The notes below the pieces were generated by a model. The model had not been told where the DNA came from, ran no database searches, and worked only from the letters and a program-made list of their open reading frames with translations. From assembly GCA_900088475.1 (NCBI GenBank), contig FLMG01001385.1:1-47178 (forward strand): a stretch of DNA of 47,178 bases, given 5' to 3'. Made by a program: the position numbers and the translations under genes. Positions 1 to 12,200 of this stretch are shown here, piece after piece. Numbering within the stretch: the first letter of the stretch is position 1; every line of letters begins with the position of its first letter. The DNA is from Hyphochytrium catenoides (lineage: Eukaryota > Protista > Hyphochytriomycota).

Positions 1-3000
1 GAGACTGGAGAAAGAGAGGACGGCAAGAAGAAGGCAGCTCCAAAGAAGAGAGAGAAGCGGAGAGAGAGAGAGTTTGACATGGGAAAGTATCGCCAAAGGT
101 TTATTGCTATCAAGCTGATGTACTTAGGAGAGAAGTACTATGGGTTCGCAAGCCAGGAGAACACAGAGGTCCTGAATTTCAGCTTCTCTCTCTCTCCCTC
201 TCTCTTCCCCTCTCTCTGGTGCTCCCCTCTATCCTAGTCTCTTTTCTTCTACCTTTTCTCTCTTTATCTTTTCTACTGTTCTTCACTTCCTCTCACGCTC
301 TGTCGCAATTTCTATCTTTCCCTTTTGATCTCTCTCCCTGTCGCTCTTCCTGTCTGAATCTGTATCAGGGTCTCTCCCTCTTTTTTTCTCGTTCCTCTTC
401 TCTCTCTCTCTCTCTCTCTCTCACTCTCTTCTCCGCCTTGTCTTCTCTCTCTCTTTCTCTCTATCTCTATCTCTTTATCTATCTCTTTATTTATCTAGTC
501 TTCTTAACCTTGTCGACAACCTTGCCGTGATCTCAATCAGAGTGTCTCTTCCTCTCTCTCACTTTCTCTTCTCTCTCTCTGGCTTTCTTGCCTCATTTGC
601 TTGCTGTCCACTTCACAGGAGACCATCGAGCGCCATCTTTTCGAGGCTCTGACAAAGACGCGGCTGATCGAGGGGAGAGAGACAGCCCAGTACTCGCGCT
701 GTGGGAGGACAGATAGAGGAGTCTCTGCTCTCGGGCAAGTCATTTCCTTGAAGGTTGACAGCAGTTCTCTCCATCTGCCTCACATTGCTCTAGCGCATTT
801 CTGGCTCAATCTGACTTCTTGGTCGTGAGAACGCTCCTCTTCGTTCGATGTCGGTCTTTCTTTCTGTATCTCTCTCTTCTCTTTCTCTTCTCTTGCGTTC
901 ACACTCTCTTTCTTATGTTCTCTCCCTCCAGCACTCTGCCTGTCTGCCTGTCTGTCTGTCTCTCTCTCTCTCACACACACAATATCGATTGGTCTTCTGT
1001 GTATCTTCGTCTACCCCAATTTGTTCTCATTCTTTTCTCCTACTCTCCTGGGCTTTTCCAGTCTTTGTGAATTCTGCGACGTTTGGTTCCTTTACCCTCT
1101 GGTCCACCTCTATCTTTCATTCCTCTCTCTTGCGTGCTGAGTTTCCTTCCTGACTTTCACCATACTTTATATCGCACAACTCTCTCTCTCTTTTCTCTCT
1201 CTCTTTTCTCTCTCTCTCTCTCTCTCGGGCTCTGTCTCTCTGCCTCCCTCTCTCTCTCTTCTCTCTCCACGCGCAACCCGCTCTGCTTGCCATACCTCGC
1301 ATTATGTTACTGGAGCGCTGGCCCACACTCTCTCGGATCGGGCTCTTGGTTCTGTCCCTTCGTTTTCTGACATCTTCTGATTGTTCTGTCGTTCCCTTCT
1401 TACCTTTAATTAATGAGTAGCTCAGTCAGCCGTTTGTCCTTTTCTCGCTCTCCCTCTCGATGTGTCTCTCTCTTTTTCTCCCTCTCTCTAAGACCGATCT
1501 GTCTTGGCCGACGCTCTCAGAGCTAAACCGCTCTTCTCGCGTTGCAGGTTCGTTCTGCGATCCCAAAGGATTGTGAGCTTGTAGACCTTGACAGCGTGGA
1601 AGACCTTAGGCCAGGAGACAAGACTAGGATTAGGACCATGCAGGTGCGTTATAAGAGAGAGGAAGGCCTTTTACGGACAAGAGGAAGCTTCCTCCTAATA
1701 AGGGAGAGAGGTGGAGAGAGAAGGAGAAAAGAGGAACAGGGAAAGGGCCACTTAGCAAGAAGGAAAAAGATGAATGAAGAGGAAACAGAAAGAGAGAGAA
1801 TGACCCAAGGCATAGCGCATATCCTAATCTAGATGTTCTTCCTCTACTTCTAGAACGGAAAAGAGACCATCCGCGCACTGAGTGAGCTTGATTATTGCAA
1901 CACGCTCAATCGCGTTCTTCCTCCAGCGATCCGGGCGCTGGCTTGGCTCCCAGCGCCAGAGCAGTTCAACGCCAGGTTCAGCGCTGTCTCTAGAACTTAT
2001 AGATACTTTTTCATTAGGAAGAAGAGAAACCTGAAGGTGAGAGGCTTCAAAGAAAAGCTAAGCAACTCGGAAGACATCAAGAGTCCGCGTTCTTCATAGT
2101 CCTGACAAACTGTGACTAAGTATGGCGAAGTGCGATGTGGAGGAAGAAAGCGGTTGCGTAGCTGTCATACGCTTCCAGCTGCCGGTACACAGTCAAAAAA
2201 AGTGCTCGGCCGAGCCTCTCTGTGTTAACGACCTGACTCTCGCTTCTTTTTTTATCACTGGTTCTTATCATGTTTATCCTCTCCTCAGTCTCTAACTTTG
2301 ATCTTTGTCCTCCCCTTTGGGCCGCTTACCTTTCCATTGATTGGCAGCGCATGCACGCTGCAGGCCAGAGGCTAGTTGGTCGCCATGACTTCAGCAACTT
2401 CTGCAAGATGGACGCGGTCAATGTTAGCAACTTTGTCAGAGAGATCTTCAGAGTCTCCGTAGAAAAGGTTGAAAGCCTTAGAGAAGATGGGGCAGGGCCA
2501 GGATCTCAAGGTAGAAAAAGTAGGACTCAACATGAAAGAGTGCTTTGCTTCAAGGACAATTAGGCGTTCTACCTTCAGCGTTAGGTCTACTTTCTCTGTT
2601 GCTTGCTTTGCTTCTCTTCTTCTAACTCTTTAACCTTCTGTACTGCTTCTCCTCTGTCGGGCTGTTTCTTCTGCGCTTCTCGGCTTCAGGTGCCGCAGAG
2701 TCACACGAAGTGGACTATCGTCACTGTTGTCGCCTTGAGCAAGACGGAGAAGGGACTGGGATAGAGAATGTAGGAGATGCTTTTGACTTGTGCAAGGTGG
2801 AGGTAAGCGTGTCCCACATCTCCTCAAAGATCGAGCCTTCGCGCGGAGGCTCTTGGAGGGTCCTTTGCATAGCAAAAAAGCTTCTCTTCTCTCCCTCATA
2901 GTCCTTAATTAGAGAGGAGCTCTGCTGTATTCTCTGCTCTTGTTTCGCGTTCGTCAGCATCTTTTCTCTATCCTCAGACTGGCCTGCTGCTGGTCATACT

Positions 3001-4512
3001 CTATATTTCTACATGGCGATACCGTCCATTTGCTATCTAGGAATCTGTCACGACTTCTCCTGTCCGCTTGTCAAGCTTGTTGCTCCTCCTGTCCCCTGTG
3101 TGTTGTTTGACATCTACGTTTCTGTCTTGCATGAATTCTGGTAGGTGGTAGGGCAAGCCTTTCTGTGGCACCAAATTCGGTGCATTGTAGCTGTCTTATT
3201 TATGGTGGGAGAGGGAGATGAGGAGCCAGAGATAGTGGACCAGCTGCTTGACCTCGAGCAGGTGCCCAGAAAGCCTCAGGTATGCTAGAAGCTTGTGGCG
3301 GTTGAAGCGTTGTCCATTCCCTCCAATCTCTGTCACTCTCTGTTTTCTTCCGTCTTTCTCTCTTCTTCTCTCCGTCTTTTTTGCTGTTCATCCCTCTCTT
3401 CTTCTCTGTCGCTCAACGTACGTGTCACTTTTTCACATTGCTTTCCAGTACGATATGGCTCCGGAGCTGCCCTTGGTTCTCCATGACTGCTCATTCGACT
3501 TAATAGACTTCAGGTGAGCCCACGCCGTCAGGAACGTGGTCTATCTTTTTGCTCTTTGCGTGCTGCTATGAGGCTGGGGTGGGGCTTTCTCCAACTAACT
3601 CTCTCTCTCTGTGTGTCTATTCTACACATTTGCCGTCGTCGTTCGCAGTTACGAGAGTGAGGTTCTCACACGGCTAGAGAGTCATCTCCTGTCGCTCTGG
3701 GAGGAGGAGAGAATCCGCGGCGCTGTTCTAGAGAATGCTATCAAGCACATTAGAGAGCTTTGGGTGCGACAGGGAACAATAGAAGTAAGCCGTTTGCATT
3801 ACCTTCTAAGTGAGAATGGTCTCTTAAAGAGGAAACCTATCTTGGCACTTCCACTGTCTTATTGCTCTATCTGCTCTCCTGTTAATACGGCCGCTAATCT
3901 TTTGCTACTGGATCAGAAGCAGCAGATCAGGGGTTCTACCACTTTCGTACCCTGGAAAGAGATTAGAGATCTCCGGACTGCGCTTTCGACTTCTCTCTCT
4001 TCTGCCAAGCATCGGCCACTCTTGGGAAGGAAGACAGCGCATTCTTATCAAGAAAAAGTAGGAAATCTGACCGGAAGGTGAGTCATTTAGGTCAGACCTT
4101 TCAGTGCAGACAAAGCGGACCCTGGTAGCTCAAGGGGAATGAAAAAGAGTAGACAGAGAGACGGAGAGGCACAGAGAGAGAAAGAGAGAGAGGGGGGGGA
4201 AAGAGGAGAGAAAATAGAGAAAGTGAGTGAGGGAGAGCGAGAAGGAGGCACCGAGAGAGAGAGAGTGTGATAGATAGAAGAAGAGATAAAAAAGATGCAG
4301 CAGAGAAGCCAACGGAGACATGGAGTGATAGGAAGAGGGGTCCCCTAAGAGAGGAAAACAGACAGTACTAACAGGTCAACGCGCTCGAGAATCAGTATCT
4401 GAACTTAGGTTTCTACCTCTGTCGTAGACGAAAAGAGCTCAAGGAGCGGAAGACCTTGGTGTCCAAGGCCAATAGTAAGCAGATAGATGACGCTATGGAA
4501 GACATCGAATAG
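1..4512 (+). CDS. PUS3: tRNA pseudouridine 38/39 synthase (TruA family, PUS3/DEG1-like); spliced, 5' end lies outside the window
   Basis: Phase-consistent GT-AG exons: 1-168, 619-753, 1548-1643, 1854-2036, 2348-2510, 2690-2802, 3145-3279, 3449-3513, 3649-3784, 3917-4077, 4428-4512 (TAG). Motifs: IAIKLMYLGEKYYGFASQE, catalytic YSRCGRTDRGVSALGQV, FNARFSAVSRTYRYFF, GRHDFSNFCKMD, GQAFLWHQIRCIVAVLF, RKPQYDMAPELPLVLHDC. Confidence 0.95.
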
Positions 4513-5063
4513 CAAGCTTTCTTTCAGTTCTCTCTCGGCTCTCTCTCTTTCTTTCCATACATCCTGTACCCTTTCCTCTCATCATTCCTACGCTAGAGAA
4601 GGGAGCCCGGTCTTCTCTCTCACTCTCTGCTACCTACCACTTCGTGAGATGAGCGTCCGAGAGTTGAATTATGATTTACAGTCCATTGTTATTACACTTT
4701 CAATCACAAGGGGAGAGCAAAAACTGTCGACTTCTCTCTCCTTTCTCTCTCTCTCTCTCTCTCCACCTACTCCAAAGCTAACATCATCATACAAACTGAA
4801 TACACCTTAGCACCGTCTTCTCTTCCTTTTCCTTCCCAAGGAAGGGAGCCAAGCAATATGCTTAAAGCACACAAGGAAAAGAGTGAAAGAGAGAGAGAGA
4901 CTGAGAAAGAAGGGACGGCGCCTATTTCTTTCACAAGCCTCCTTCGACCTATACAGGTAGAACTATAATCTTCTAGGCGTCTGCGACCAAGATCAGATGA
5001 CATGAAGGGAGGAGGCGCCTCCTCTCTATCTATCTTCCTCTAGCCCACAGCCGCCATTGCGCT

Positions 5064-8000
5064 TTAGGCGGAGATCTTTTGTCCTGTGAGGCGCTCTAAC
5101 CGCGCCAGAATGTGCTTTCCATAGGTGAACCGCTTCAGTTGCTGCGCTTGGGACTTGATACTGGCCACTATGGCTGGGACAACAGAAATGATAGCGTGTG
5201 TATGGAGGTGGAGAAAGAGCCAGCCGTAACAGAGAGGAAGCCGTAACAGAGGAGAGAGATGAAGAACCAGGTTATACTTGTCACATGGACAAAAAGGCGG
5301 GGATGACATATCACTTACCATCCCTTTGCTCCTGACTAGCAACGTCAATCACTTTCTGCACTACATAGTTGGCATAGGGATCCTTCATCATGAGCTGAAG
5401 CGGCGAGGTCCTGCAGGAAAAATCAATGAAAGAAAAAAGCGGCAGTTCAGTTAGAAAAGTGCTTCTATAACGTTGAATTTTCTAAGTATGAGCTCCTGAA
5501 TGTAGATTCAGTGACACCAGCGTATGGATGCGAGAAGAGGAAAGAGAGAATGGGCTAGAGAAAGAAAGGCAAATTGTCGGGAGAGAGGAACCTACTCGTC
5601 ATCTTCCGTCCCTAACATCTCAGAGATAATGCAGCTTCTCTGCTCTGCGTTCGCGTAAGTCAAGCACTTCTCTACTACATTGGAAGCAAACTTGTGCTGA
5701 CTAAATTGAACCACTTGAGACTGCAGAGAGCGGACAGGAGAAGCAATCGAGAGACGTGAGTGGAGATGTGGGGGGCACTAGCGGGAGACAGTGACAAAAT
5801 TGTGGACCTTTGGACAGAAACAGAGGGAGAGACTGAGAGCGAAACGGGGAGCAGAGAGCGATCGCAAGAGAGTGGATAGGTTCATAGAGAGAGGGATCTA
5901 GACAGGAAAGCTGTGCTATTATGACGAAGTGGGAATCGACAGGGGAGCAATGGAACGAGGGAAGGTTTGGCATCGACTTAGTGAGACGATGCAGAACAGC
6001 GGGACAAAAAGAGATATAGTGACAGCGAGAGAGAAAGTAGGAAGCTATACCTTAATCTTATCGATGAGCTCGTCCCGATCTCTATCTCTGCCATGCTCCA
6101 GCACGTGCTGCACCACATAGTTCCCATACTGATCCTGTGTGAAGTGTGCCAGAGGTCAGTTAAGTGTGCCACATTAGGAGGAAGAGAACATTTGGAGGGT
6201 TGCTATCATATTAAATATATTGCATGTGTAACAAACATGAAGAGGGGATGAAGCTTCCAAGAAGCTTAAGCTTTCACGAGCCCATAGGTAGAAAGATTCT
6301 CAGCATAGACAGCATCCAAAAGCAGAGCTCCTCATTCGGGTTTAGCAGTTCAAACGAGGTGAGAATGACACGATGAGAGCAGAGACAGATAGGATAATAT
6401 GCCGTATTGATTTCCAACCTGCACCAAGGCATGACAGTACTTCAGGATCTCCTCTAGCACGGGAACTGTCTGGTGCTCTCCACAATGTTCAAGCACTCTT
6501 TGGATAACTCTGCATCCGTAGGGGTGAGTCGAAAGAAGGTAGACTTGTCCCTCGAAAGAAGAAACGATAAACTGGATGTCCACGGAGGTGAGGGCGTCCG
6601 GAGCCTTACTCTACGAGGGAGAGAATGGATGTTAAATCGAGAGCAAATTATAAGTTCTACCAAAGTGCAAAGAAGGTTACGTGCCACAGCTGAAGGAGGA
6701 GGTAGAGAGGAAATGTGATGCCAAGAGGGATGGCGACTAGGCCTCCTCCTCCTCTAAACCCTATAGCACCAAGACTGGGCGCTCGCCATCGTTACTTTAC
6801 CCCTGCATTGCCTCTTTTGTTTTGTCTCCCACCTTCTCTATCTTGCAGCTAACAATCTCTATGCACTTCTGAATGACATGATTGCCGTTCTGGTCCTTGA
6901 CGCACTTCATGACCTGACCCTCGAGCTCCTTCATAAGACCACGCTGCTGGATGGGCTCAACAACCTCCAACGCCTAGAAAGGGAGGTATTAGAGTAGTCT
7001 TAAGTATAAAAGCAAGGAGAAAGACAGTCTCTCCTGCTCGAGGGAGAGAGAGAGAAATGAGGGAGAAGGGAGAGAAGAGTGGAAAGTCCCCTCAAAAGTC
7101 AGAGAAAAGTTCACTTACCTTCTGAATAACCCTGCACCCATACATTTGAAGGGCTAGCTCCAGCACATGTCCCACTAGCTGCTCTCCGAGAATTCGACGT
7201 TGCTCAGCTGTGCCTGATAAGAAAGACAGAGAGAAGAGAGCGAGAATGAGGGGCGCAAAGGAATGTTAAAGGTTTGCGCAGAGAGCTTTGATCGGAAGGG
7301 CTCTCCTCCAATGTCTTCAAGTGAGTGCCTATGGTCTCGCGCTCCATCCTGACATTGTTACTCGCCCTTCTCATCCCCAGGACCCTTTCCCGAGCTCATG
7401 ACTGGGCAGGGAAGAGCGTTCTCCCTCGTTTGTGTCTATGTTTCAAACCCTTCGGTGCTCTGTAAGCCTGCCACTTGCCCTAGATGCTCACCGTGATCGA
7501 AGAACTTCTGAATAACGTAGTTTCCAAAGACATCGGTCATCAGCTGGTGGCAGCCCGGAAGAATCTCATCAAAGATTAGAGCCTTATCAGCGTCCGGCGC
7601 AACCTCTAGTTTCTGTTGGATGAACCTGAGCAAATAGAAGCGGCCGTGAGAAGGACGGAAGAAGCGACCTAACAGGCAACCCGAAGAGAGTAATCCTAGA
7701 CGACAGGGTTCGCCCCTTCAAGAGGGCTCCACATGTACAGCGAGCACATAAAGAGAGAGGGTGGGAGAAGGCAAAGAAAATAAGACAGAAAAAGAGAGAG
7801 AGAGAGAGAAGGAGGAGGAGGGAAGGGAGAATTAACAGGAAAAGAAACGGAAGTATTTCCAGAAGAAGGCCCCACCTGGAGCCGTGCTGGTCCTGGGAGA
7901 ACTCGATGACGTGACCCGCGAGGTCTCTCAGCTCCCACTTCTTCGCCTTGGAGTTTGCTCTAAAGTCCTCCAGCAGCGAGCTGCGAGGAATGTTGCTGGA

Positions 8001-11000
8001 GAACAATCAGTGAGTGAAGATGCATTGGGTGAGTGACCATGCATTGGGTGAAAGAAGATGCATTGGGTGAAGGACTGCCGCAACCACCTGCATTGCCAAC
8101 CTTCGTCCCTACGTCTAGCCCTTTGCCTCCCTCTCTTCCTTGTACTCTGTCTTTCCCTCCGGTAGTCTCTCTTCACTCCCTCTCTCTTCCGCAATTGTGT
8201 CTCTCCCAGAAAGAGTGCAGCGGCAGCTTGCTCTCAGTTCTCAAGCGGACCTTGTGGAAGGAGGACTCGGCCCGTCGGGGTATCGCTGTTCTCCTCTTGA
8301 GCCTCTGTCTCTATCTCTCCTCTGTTCTCTATGTGAAGGAGGATCTCTGTCCCTATGTCTCCTGCGGATAACGGAATGTTAATAAGTCCGTTGGCTATAT
8401 TGCATGAGAGAGAGGTTGAAAAAACTTTAGGTGGCGAAGCGGCGTCCACCGGACGGATAGGCAACGGAACGAGGGAGAGAAAGAGAGCTACGACGGTACA
8501 GGTCGTCCGGCTAAACCTAGTGAATAACGGTCTTGATAGAAGAAGCTAGGGAGAAGAGTGATTTCCCAACATGCAAGAGTGCGTCCGGATGTTACCAGCA
8601 AACCGAGGCATCACTTACCTATCTCTATCGTAGTCGTCGTACTCTCTGTCTCTGCTATCAGGCCGGTAATATGGGCCGTAGTAACCGGCATAGTCGCCCC
8701 GTCCATAGTAGCCCTCCCGTGCATATAGTGCGGGGTGATAGTAGTCACCTCGAGCAGCTAGCAGAGAGAAAAACAGGGTGAGAAGCGAATGGGAAGTGCA
8801 TTAGCTGGCAGACGAGGGAGGTATCAAAGAACAAAGCTACATTTCAAGATGCCGGGTTGCCTTTTCCCTCATCTCCTACTTCAATCGGCAGTGGTTTGCC
8901 ATCTCATCTCACCTTGGAGGTAGCGGGGATCTAGTTGGGCCAGGTATTCTTGAGGAGGCTGGGACAGCCGAGGATCCAGCCTACGACGCCGAGGCCCGTA
9001 ATAATGAGCATAAAGAAGAGTAGTAGCAATAAGGAGAGAAAGAGAAGAGAGGTGAGCTGAAGAGCCCAGCATCGATGGGATTATTCACATATCTTACAGG
9101 GCTTCAGGAACGCGTCCATCCCTAGCTTCAGGCAACCTATACCGCGGATCCTGGGCAAAAGGGGGAGGGGGACCCTGCGAGAGTGGTAATCGATAGTAGC
9201 GGGGATCTAGCGCATACGGGGGCGGCGGTGGGAGCGAGAAGAAGGCAGCTGCAGCTCTAGGATCGATGTACGGGAGATAGCGAGGATCAATGGGTTGGCG
9301 GTTTGCTGATGCCAAGGGGTCCAGGTACTCCGCTGAGTAGAGATGCGGGAGGGCAGCTGCAGGAGGATGAGCAGGGCCTGCGCGCTTGCTCTGTATCTCT
9401 ACGTCCCCGGCTGCACTCTGAGGGTAGGCCATGATTCCACCTCGACGCTGGAGGGAAGAATTATGGACACACAGGAGGATAGGTGGCTGAGCTTATGTGA
9501 CAAGAATGAATTGGAAATATACAGCACTGTGTCCACTTGATTCAGATGAGCAGCCCCAGTGGCTAAGTCTTGACTCAGGCTGAGAGGGAGAAAAGGGGCT
9601 TCTCTTTGTCTCTAGCTACGTACCGACAGCTCCTCTGATATCTGCAGCTGCTGCAATCCCAGCGCAATATCAGAACGCGCATCCGAAGGATTAGTATACA
9701 TAGGCTTCCTTGCTCTCGCCGCGTCTGCTGAAACAGAAGCAAGGAAGATCACAAGGAAGGTGAGCAACACTCAGTTCTGTCGAGGTCACCAGTCTACAGT
9801 CAGCGCTGGACTATCAGCGGCACCAAAATCCCAATAGAGATTAGACAAAATGACACTTTATGTGACGGGACTCTTTCTTCCCGGAAAGGAAGACCTTACC
9901 TTGATGCTGTATAGGTCCCTGGGAGAGAGTAGGAGGGTACGCTGGCGAGGGGGTACGAGGAAAGTCTTCTTGGATGCGATCCATCAGGCTTTTGCTCATT
10001 GGCTTCAGATCACTGCTGTCCCTCTCATTATATACAGGAGCAGAGCCATTCGCTACAGCGGTGGGATCAGGACAGCAAAGGGTTCTTGTTATATTGCGGA
10101 AGGTGGTGCGACTCTGGCGCGAATAGGACTGGAGACTGGAGACATCGAAGTTGGGGGCACAATGGTAACAAGGCAAGCCAGACACAGCCACAGAGAGAAA
10201 GAAAGAAAGAGACAGAGACACAGAGAGAGAGAAAGGCAAAGGGGAAATAGGGTTTTACCTGTTGCGACAGCAGCATTGAAGAGCGTATGGGGAGATGGCG
10301 TAGAGGCCTGATCCTCTTCTATCCTCTCCCTGTTTAGCTTCGATCCTGGCGGTGCAAGCTCGGATGGGCCCCCTGGACCCTTTCCTCGGGCGTAGAGATC
10401 CCAATGATAGGAATTAGAGGCCAGCTTGGATGACTGAGGGTAGAAGAGCTCTGCTTGTCCTCCTCGACTTGACTGCCGGCGGAGAAAGAAAGATGAGCAA
10501 AGACCACTCAAAAGAAGAGGAAAAGGGCAGATGAGAGGCAGTACGAAGGAGAGGGAAACACAGACGAGAGAGATGGCAAACAAGTAAAAGTGGGCAGCAA
10601 GCACAGCTTCCAAGCGTGGGCTGGAAGATAAAAGGAACTAGCTAGACTCTGAGGAATGTCAAGGAGCTGGTATTGTTATCACACGAGGAAACAGCTATTG
10701 GACAAAGTGCCGTAAGCGGAGTGGAAGACTGACCAGACTGTCTCCTCTGTCCGTAGCAAGGAGAGACAGCCTATCGGCGGAGCCATAGAGATAACCCTTA
10801 CTGAAGCCTCCGATCTACGCCATCGAGTGAAAAAAGAACGCAAGAGTTAATCAAAGAAAGGAAAGAGAGAGGAGAAAGAGAGAGGAGAAAGAGGAAGAGA
10901 GAAAGAGAGAGAGACGGAGAGAGGGAGGCAGGGGTGCGATGAAGTCAAAGGTACGAGTAACACATCTGAAAACCATCAAATGAAAGAGATAAGAACAACG

Positions 11001-11308
11001 ATGCTAACTCCTGAGACAGAGCGGAGAGACCCCGGACGAGGGTCTTATAAAGCAAGTGTGCTCTCTTCTCTGCGTACATGATCCGCCACAGGTGGCGCAG
11101 AGGTAGATCTTTGGAGGGAAAAAGCGTCAATCTGTCTCCTCGTCAGTGGAGTTTCCACTCCCTCCAAACCCGTGAGCCGACCCAGCCCTCTATCTTCTAG
11201 ACCTTCCACCGGTCCATGGGAGAGATGGCGAGACGCAGCGGCGGAGGCATCAGAGTCCAGAATCCCACCTATGAAGTGCGTCTCATCAACTCCTCCTACG
11301 GCCTTCAT
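5064..11308 (-). CDS. PUM: Pumilio/PUF RNA-binding protein with 8 PUF repeats and a long disordered N-terminus; about 18 exons
   Basis: Spliced PUF domain: SSLLEDFR...[118 protein letters not shown]; stop at 5064. N-terminal exons join in phase from ATG 11308 and include RSTSAPP and [17 protein letters not shown]. The start codon is less certain than the domain. Confidence 0.93.
8014..8070. repeat. Three-copy tandem repeat with 19-bp period inside a Pumilio intron
   Basis: Core ATGCATTGGGTGA starts at 8020, 8039 and 8058. Confidence 0.85.
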
Positions 11309-11959
11309 GGCACCGCAGCCAGAAGATAAGAATTTTGAGAGTAAGGAACGAGCTTCGATAACGGAGAGATATGGAGAGATGTCTCTGGTGGCCGAGCATA
11401 CAGAGACGAATGGCAGCCACCAACAGGCTGCCTAAAGGGCACTAAGACCAAGACCGAGCCTTGGTGTTCCTCGTTCTATGTACAGTTGGGCTCAAGCCTG
11501 ACGCGCAGAAGCCAGCCTCCTCTTGGAATAGGCTCCTTGGCTGACAACCTGCGTACAGAGGAAAACCTTACACGGAAAGAACCTTCGAGCAGAGGTCGTA
11601 GACGTCCGCAGAGCTCTAGGTCCTGACTCGATCTCTTCGTTTTGCCGGGACAGAGCGGCGCCTCAGGCTTCAATCCTATAAAGGTCTAGGCTTTGGGATG
11701 GTACGCAGGCGCCCTAGATAGCGCCAAGGCATATGTTCTCAGCTTCCCAATACTTCTGTTAGTCCCCGATAAGCTTCATGAAGGCTGCGGTCAGACGAAG
11801 ACTTGACTGAGCTGAGATGGAGACCGAGACGCGAGGGATCACGAAAGAGACAGACAGAACGTTAGGATTAGCAAGAAGAGAGCCAGAATGAGACAGAGTG
11901 GTCGGGAGAGGTACGATGAGCTAAGGAATAGGCCAGAGAGAGGTAGCCAGAGATTGAAA

Positions 11960-12108
11960 GTGACAGGAGAAAGAGAGAAAAAGAGAGATGTGAGAGAGAG
12001 AGAGAGATGAGAGAGAGACGACGAGAGAATGAGAGAGAGAGGTGAGAAAGAGATGAGAATGAGAGAGTCTGTGAGAGAGAGAGGGAGAGAGAGAGGAAGA
12101 GAGGGAGA

Positions 12109-12147
<39 letters not shown>

Positions 12148-12200
12148 CAGAGAGAGAAAGAGAGAGAGAGAGGGAGAGAGAGAGGGAGAGAGAGAAAAAA
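11960..12200. repeat. Compound (GA)n microsatellite upstream of Pumilio
   Basis: About 240 bp of near-continuous GA repeat, which reads (CT)n on the Pumilio sense strand. Confidence 0.9.

Noticed and set aside
10029-10036. Perfect Pumilio element TGTATATA on the Pumilio sense strand, suggesting autoregulation
   Set aside because: A single 8-mer inside the CDS. I found no perfect element in the presumptive 3' UTR (4513-5063), so chance cannot be excluded.
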